Made by a program: the position numbers and the translations under genes. A model generated the notes under the pieces. It did not search any database, was not told the origin of the DNA, and worked only from the letters and a program-made list of their open reading frames with translations. This document shows positions 26,259 through 30,192 of a stretch of DNA of 30,192 nucleotides, piece after piece. Each line of letters opens with the position of its first letter. Positions within the stretch are counted from its first letter, which is position 1. The stretch comes from a virus (taxonomy: Duplodnaviria; Caudoviricetes): positions 1 through 30,192 of the IMG/VR virus record IMGVR_UViG_3300031886_000024. One strand, given 5' to 3'.

Positions 26259-27299
26259 ATGGCAACATACAAATCACTAAAATATGATATTGGTGCAGAA
26301 ATATCTGGCGCAGATTCAAGAGCCAATGCTATTGATAGTGCCCAGTATGTTGACGGAAGTATTGATAATGCTCACCTGGCAGCTAACTCTGTAGATTCTG
26401 ACCAATATGTAGATGGTTCAATAGACACAGCACATATCGCTAATGACCAAATTACGGCTGCTCTAATGGCAGACAATAGTATTGATTCTGATATGTATGT
26501 GGACGGAAGTATTGATACTGCTCATATTGCTGCAGACCAGATTACATCTGCATTGATTGCTGATGACCAGATTGATTCAGAACATATTGTAGATGGTTCA
26601 ATTGATTTAGCTCATATGAGTTCTCAAAGTGTTGATGAAGATAATTTATATATTTCCAATTCTGGAAGTAATGGACAGTACCTTAGTAAACAATCTGGGA
26701 ACAATGGTGGATTAACTTGGGCAACAGTTTCATCAGAGGATTATATTCCCGATGGTTCTGTTATGTGTTTCTTCCAATCAGCAGCACCAACAGGATGGAC
26801 AAAACTTACTTCTCAGAATGACAAAGTATTAAGAGTTGTTTCTGGAAATGGTGGTGGCACAGGTGGTGATTGGGCAATGTCTGCTGGTGAAACAACATCT
26901 TCAGATGGTGCTCACACTCACACAGGAGCAGCACATACTCACACAGGTGCGGCTCACACTCACACAGGGGGTTCTTTAGCTGCTGGAGCACATACTCTAA
27001 GTACATCAGAGATGCCAGCTCATACTCATACAACTCCCTTATATAACGGAGGATGGCAGTATGGTTGGGGTCACGGAGCAGCATTAGCAAATCCAGCTTC
27101 TGTAAAAGAAAATGACCCTACTTCAAGCACAGGTGGAGGCGGTTCTCACTCACACAGTTTGTCAGGAACTTCAGCATCAACAACTCCAGGAGCAGGTGGC
27201 TCAACAACCCCAGGTTCAGGTAGTTCAAATGGAGCACACACACATACAATAGCTGCACCACAGTATATTGATGTTATAATTTGTAGTAAAGACGCATAG
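26259..27299 (+). CDS. Short tail fibre-like protein with collar domain and His-x-His receptor-binding tip
   Basis: 10-aa periodic (V/A)DxS(I/V)D..H repeats, a collar-like 'IPDGSVMCFFQSAAPTGWTK', 'HTLSTSEMPAHTH' and six HxH motifs as in T4 gp12/gp37-type tips. Confidence 0.8.
   Translation: MATYKSLKYDIGAEISGADSRANAIDSAQYVDGSIDNAHLAANSVDSDQYVDGSIDTAHIANDQITAALMADNSIDSDMYVDGSIDTAHIAADQITSALIADDQIDSEHIVDGSIDLAHMSSQSVDEDNLYISNSGSNGQYLSKQSGNNGGLTWATVSSEDYIPDGSVMCFFQSAAPTGWTKLTSQNDKVLRVVSGNGGGTGGDWAMSAGETTSSDGAHTHTGAAHTHTGAAHTHTGGSLAAGAHTLSTSEMPAHTHTTPLYNGGWQYGWGHGAALANPASVKENDPTSSTGGGGSHSHSLSGTSASTTPGAGGSTTPGSGSSNGAHTHTIAAPQYIDVIICSKDA
26910..26969 (+). repeat. 21-nt tandem repeat x3 encoding AHTHTGA
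   Basis: gctcacactcacacaggagca / gcacatactcacacaggtgcg / gctcacactcacacaggg. Confidence 0.85.
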
Positions 27300-27307
27300 G
27301 AGATAAT

Positions 27308-27703
27308 ATGGCAACATTAACAATAATTAAAGATGACAAGTTTGTATCAGTAGATGGCGAAGGATTAACGCTTGATGCAGTTGTATTAGCAGCAAATGTT
27401 CACGCAATACAGTTTGATGGTACAAATGGCCATATTGAATATAATGATGGTACACCAAATGAATCTATAACAAGCATCTCGGATTACTCCACTATTACAG
27501 ATGACCACGCAACTTTAAAAGCAGCTAATGCTACAGCAGCCTCGGATGCTGCAACTGAAACGGCAACAGAAGAAGCCAAATATGGTTGGAAAAGACTACA
27601 AGAATATCCATCAATAGAAGAATGTGTTCACGCAATTCTTGATGATGAATTAACAGCACTTCAAGTTAAAAGGCAAGCAGTAAAGGATAAATACCCTAAA
27701 TAA
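27308..27703 (+). CDS. Putative tail fibre assembly/chaperone protein
   Basis: Follows the collar fibre with an AGGAG SD. 'VHAIQFDGTNGHIEY' and C-terminal 'R..EYPSIEE...VKDKYPK'. Confidence 0.6.
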   Translation: MATLTIIKDDKFVSVDGEGLTLDAVVLAANVHAIQFDGTNGHIEYNDGTPNESITSISDYSTITDDHATLKAANATAASDAATETATEEAKYGWKRLQEYPSIEECVHAILDDELTALQVKRQAVKDKYPK

Positions 27704-27738
27704 TATAACTTAGGAATGAGAAGTAAACCACTCTTTGC

Positions 27739-27767
27739 TTGACAAATCCTCTATAGTATAGTATAAT
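27739..27767 (+). promoter_or_regulatory. Perfect sigma70 promoter TTGACA-N17-TATAAT
   Basis: TTGACA 27739-27744, 17-bp spacer, TATAAT 27762-27767, followed by a GGAGGAG SD and the ATG at 27795. Confidence 0.88.
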
Positions 27768-27794
27768 AGTGAATAAAAAGATTATGGAGGAGTT

Positions 27795-28106
27795 ATGCCT
27801 AAAGGCAAGAAAGATTTAGAAGTAGTTTTTACTTGTCCTCTCGGAAGCGAATGTGAGGAGATAAAAGACAATAAAATTCACAGATGTATGTGGTACACAA
27901 AGCTAGTTGGTAGGGATGCAAACACAGGTGAAATGATAGATGATTGGTCGTGTGCTATATCTTGGATGCCAACATTACAAGTAGAAATGTCTAATACTAG
28001 TAGAAGTACTTCACAAGCTATTGAAAGTTTTAGAAATGAAACAGTTAAAGGTCAGAAAGAATTTAACAGCTTGATTGGAAATGAAGTTAAGAAGAAACTT
28101 ACATGA
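27795..28106 (+). CDS. Cys-rich hypothetical protein (possible metal binding)
   Basis: 'CPLGSEC...RCMW...WSCA' four-Cys pattern, ATGA-coupled to the oxygenase. Confidence 0.75.
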   Translation: MPKGKKDLEVVFTCPLGSECEEIKDNKIHRCMWYTKLVGRDANTGEMIDDWSCAISWMPTLQVEMSNTSRSTSQAIESFRNETVKGQKEFNSLIGNEVKKKLT

Positions 28107-28696
28107 ATACTACAACAACAGAGTTAGACAATAGTATTTATATTGCCAATGTAATGTTTCCCGATGAGTCATGTGATGAAGTTATTGATATTTTTGAAAA
28201 CAAATCAAAGTTATTTCCAGAAAATCATTTTCTTAAAAACGCTGATGGTTTATATAGAAAAGATAAAGCCTGTTTTTTAGATGACTTTGAGATATGTTTA
28301 TATTCAGATATTGGAAATTTCGGTCTTGTTTCCGACATTAATAATTATTTAAATGAGGCCTTAGAAGAATATTGTAATCATTTTGAATCAGTAAGAAGGA
28401 TTTCACTAAGAAGTACAAGACAGAAGTTACAAAAAACTCAAAAAGGTGGTGGCTATCACAACTGGCATTCTGAACAAGAAAATATAGATAGTGCAGTTCG
28501 TGTATTAACTTGGTCTATTTATTTAAATGATGTTGCAGAAGGTGGAGAAACAGAATTTCTTTATCAAAGTAAAAGAATTAAAGCTAGGAAAGGCAAGATA
28601 CTTATTTTTCCGTCTGCCTTTACACATGTACATAGAGGTAATCCTCCTTTATCGGGAGACAAATATATATTAACAGGTTGGTGGAATATTTTTTAA
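28103..28696 (+). CDS. 2OG-Fe(II) oxygenase (prolyl-4-hydroxylase-like)
   Basis: 'GYHNWHSE...R.LTW.IYLNDVAEGGETEF...IFP..FTHVHRG.PP...KYILTGW', with an H-x-E...H triad. Confidence 0.9.
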   Translation: MNTTTTELDNSIYIANVMFPDESCDEVIDIFENKSKLFPENHFLKNADGLYRKDKACFLDDFEICLYSDIGNFGLVSDINNYLNEALEEYCNHFESVRRISLRSTRQKLQKTQKGGGYHNWHSEQENIDSAVRVLTWSIYLNDVAEGGETEFLYQSKRIKARKGKILIFPSAFTHVHRGNPPLSGDKYILTGWWNIF

Positions 28697-28730
28697 TGAC
28701 TAATAGAAGTCAACCTAAAGGAATTAAATA

Positions 28731-29276
28731 ATGGCACTATCCGATTTTATTGAAGTGTACGAAAACGCATTTTCAGATGAAATATGTGATGCTGTTATAA
28801 AACAATTTGAAACATCTATTAAAACTGGTGCTTCTGTTCGAGAATATTCACCACAGATATATAGAGAAGATTCTGTTCTCTATCTGAACGAGCCTAATAT
28901 GCCTCTTACTGCTGAATTTAATCAACAGCTTGTTCGTATAACCGACTCATATGTAAATAAATACTCAACATTAAAATCATTAAATACAAAGTCTTTTCTT
29001 GTGCTGGTACAGAAAACAAAGCCAAGCGAGGGTTATCACCTATGGCATTGTGAACAGGCTTCTATAGACACCTCAAGTAGAATTATTGTTTGGACAGTTT
29101 ATTTAAATGATGTAGATGAAGGTGGGGAAACAGAGTTCCTTTATCAACAAAGAAGAATAAAGCCATCTAAAGGAAGTTTGTGTTTATTTCCAGCATCTTG
29201 GACACATACACATAGAGGAAACCCGCCAATATCCAATACAAAATATATTGCAACAGGTTGGTTTTACTTATATTAA
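28731..29276 (+). CDS. 2OG-Fe(II) oxygenase (prolyl-4-hydroxylase-like), tandem paralog
   Basis: 'GYHLWHCE...YLNDVDEGGETEF...FPASWTHTHRGNPP...KYIATGW'. Confidence 0.9.
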   Translation: MALSDFIEVYENAFSDEICDAVIKQFETSIKTGASVREYSPQIYREDSVLYLNEPNMPLTAEFNQQLVRITDSYVNKYSTLKSLNTKSFLVLVQKTKPSEGYHLWHCEQASIDTSSRIIVWTVYLNDVDEGGETEFLYQQRRIKPSKGSLCLFPASWTHTHRGNPPISNTKYIATGWFYLY

Positions 29277-29981
29277 ATGAAGAAGAATATAATTTATTGG
29301 TCGTATATTGATACAGAACAGCAGATAAGAGCTGAAGAACCAGTGCCTATATTCTCTAATTATTGGAAGGATAAAGATGTAAAAGGATTGGGATTAGAAT
29401 ATTCAAAATGCCCAGCCTTTCGAGATTTATTACATAATACTTTTGGTTTAAAGTCTTTGTATGATTATGATTTAAAATTTAAAGATGGAGATGTAAAATC
29501 TTCAATGTTCGACCAAGATTTCTTTGGAGAGAAGGTTCTTATTAGAAATATGGAATCTCGACTTGCTTCTTTCGGTCTGAGATATATTTTGATAGCTGAA
29601 GATGATAGTTTAGAAATGGAATATCTGCCATCTTTCCTAGAAAATAATAATTTTAATTCAACAACTCAACTAATTCCAGCAGTTATGGATATAGGTAAAT
29701 ATGTGAGGATGTTAGATTGTGCATTTCATTGTAGAAAAAATAAGATGGAAATTAGAGAAGATGATATTTATGCTTATGTTAAATTTAAAACAAACAATGA
29801 AATAGAGTTTCAGAGATTTTTATGGAATGAGGAAATAAACAAAATTATAAGCGATGTACAAGTTGGTGTCAAAACCTATAGACGGAAAACCTTTAAACCA
29901 TTAGATTGGTATTACAAGAAACAACAAGCAATAAAAACCAAACAGCGGGTGCTTAAATTAGTTAAAGAAAATTTATTATGA
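29277..29981 (+). CDS. Hypothetical phage protein ('KCPAF' type)
   Basis: 234-aa ORF abutting the oxygenase stop (TAA-ATG). No catalytic motif recognised with confidence. Confidence 0.7.
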   Translation: MKKNIIYWSYIDTEQQIRAEEPVPIFSNYWKDKDVKGLGLEYSKCPAFRDLLHNTFGLKSLYDYDLKFKDGDVKSSMFDQDFFGEKVLIRNMESRLASFGLRYILIAEDDSLEMEYLPSFLENNNFNSTTQLIPAVMDIGKYVRMLDCAFHCRKNKMEIREDDIYAYVKFKTNNEIEFQRFLWNEEINKIISDVQVGVKTYRRKTFKPLDWYYKKQQAIKTKQRVLKLVKENLL

Positions 29982-30035
29982 TAAACAATGTTGGATTATC
30001 CTTATCTTTTAACACCAGACAATGAAGGTTTTGAG

Positions 30036-30060
30036 TATAAATATAAATATATTATAAATA
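30036..30060 (+). promoter_or_regulatory. Cluster of three late-promoter octamers TATAAATA
   Basis: Exact matches at 30036-30043, 30042-30049 and 30053-30060. Confidence 0.75.
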
Positions 30061-30078
30061 TAAAAAAAAGGATACGCT

Positions 30079-30192
30079 ATGGGCACATATTTAGGACAAG
30101 GACCGTTTAAAGAGTTTTCTTCTTCGCCAACGAAGGACCTTTTTACTGGTGACGGAAGTACAACAACATTTGATTTAGGAAATGAAGTTGTT
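30079..30192 (+). CDS. 5' end of another fibre-like protein (runs off the window; not in ORF track)
   Basis: MGTYLGQGPFKEFSSSPTKDLFTGDGSTTTFDLGNEVV resembles the N-terminus of 24743..26221 (MAYIG...ITGDGSTTSFAL). AAGGA SD and late promoters lie upstream. Confidence 0.8.
   Translation, partial: MGTYLGQGPFKEFSSSPTKDLFTGDGSTTTFDLGNEVV

Noticed and set aside
16400-26969. CRISPR-like array
   Set aside because: All repeats are in-frame coding repeats with third-position variation, with no constant repeat plus unique spacer structure.
3415-27090. Many antisense and alternate-frame ORFs inside structural genes (e.g. 16662..17327, 22478..22969, 22976..23590, 25210..25662, 12041..12469)
   Set aside because: They are shadows of Thr/Gly/Ala/Ser-rich coding sequence, giving Val/Pro/Ser-rich translations with no SD or recognisable motifs, fully nested in well-supported genes.
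16186-27299. Diversity-generating retroelement or invertase shufflon acting on the fibres
   Set aside because: No reverse transcriptase or recombinase is present in the window. Repeat copies differ at synonymous positions rather than only at adenines, and all fibre genes are co-oriented.
27704-27742. Terminator or microORF (MRSKPLFA) before the sigma70 cassette
   Set aside because: No convincing stem is present, and the AGGA is adjacent to the ATG so SD spacing is implausible.
1-30192. tRNA, rRNA, intron, intein or homing endonuclease
   Set aside because: Intergenic gaps are short and AT-rich with no cloverleaf, and I saw no LAGLIDADG, GIY-YIG, HNH or intein motifs in the translations.

Overview
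This window is part of a T4-like (Tevenvirinae-related, marine cyanophage/pelagiphage-type) myovirus genome. Bases 1-1970 hold a leftward block of small early-type genes driven by two near-perfect sigma70 promoters. It includes a DUF3310-like protein, a stand-alone sigma70 region-4-like HTH protein and an uncalled 20-aa transmembrane microprotein. From 1975 rightward runs a late structural block under T4-type TATAAATA promoters: an SNase-like nuclease coupled to a PAAR (gp5.4-like) gene, baseplate gp25-gp6-gp7-gp8, a 2045-aa VrlC/DUF4815-like virion protein, then an array of at least seven modular fibre/adhesin genes with small partner genes. The fibres share protein modules in a chain and show patchy DNA identity. 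Inside this late array sits a four-gene cassette with its own perfect TTGACA-N17-TATAAT promoter (a Cys-rich protein, two tandem 2OG-Fe(II) oxygenases and a hypothetical), directly behind a His-x-His metal-binding fibre. This cassette is the best candidate for an undescribed system, possibly fibre tailoring or iron-linked adsorption. All family calls come from motif recognition by eye; no database searches were run.
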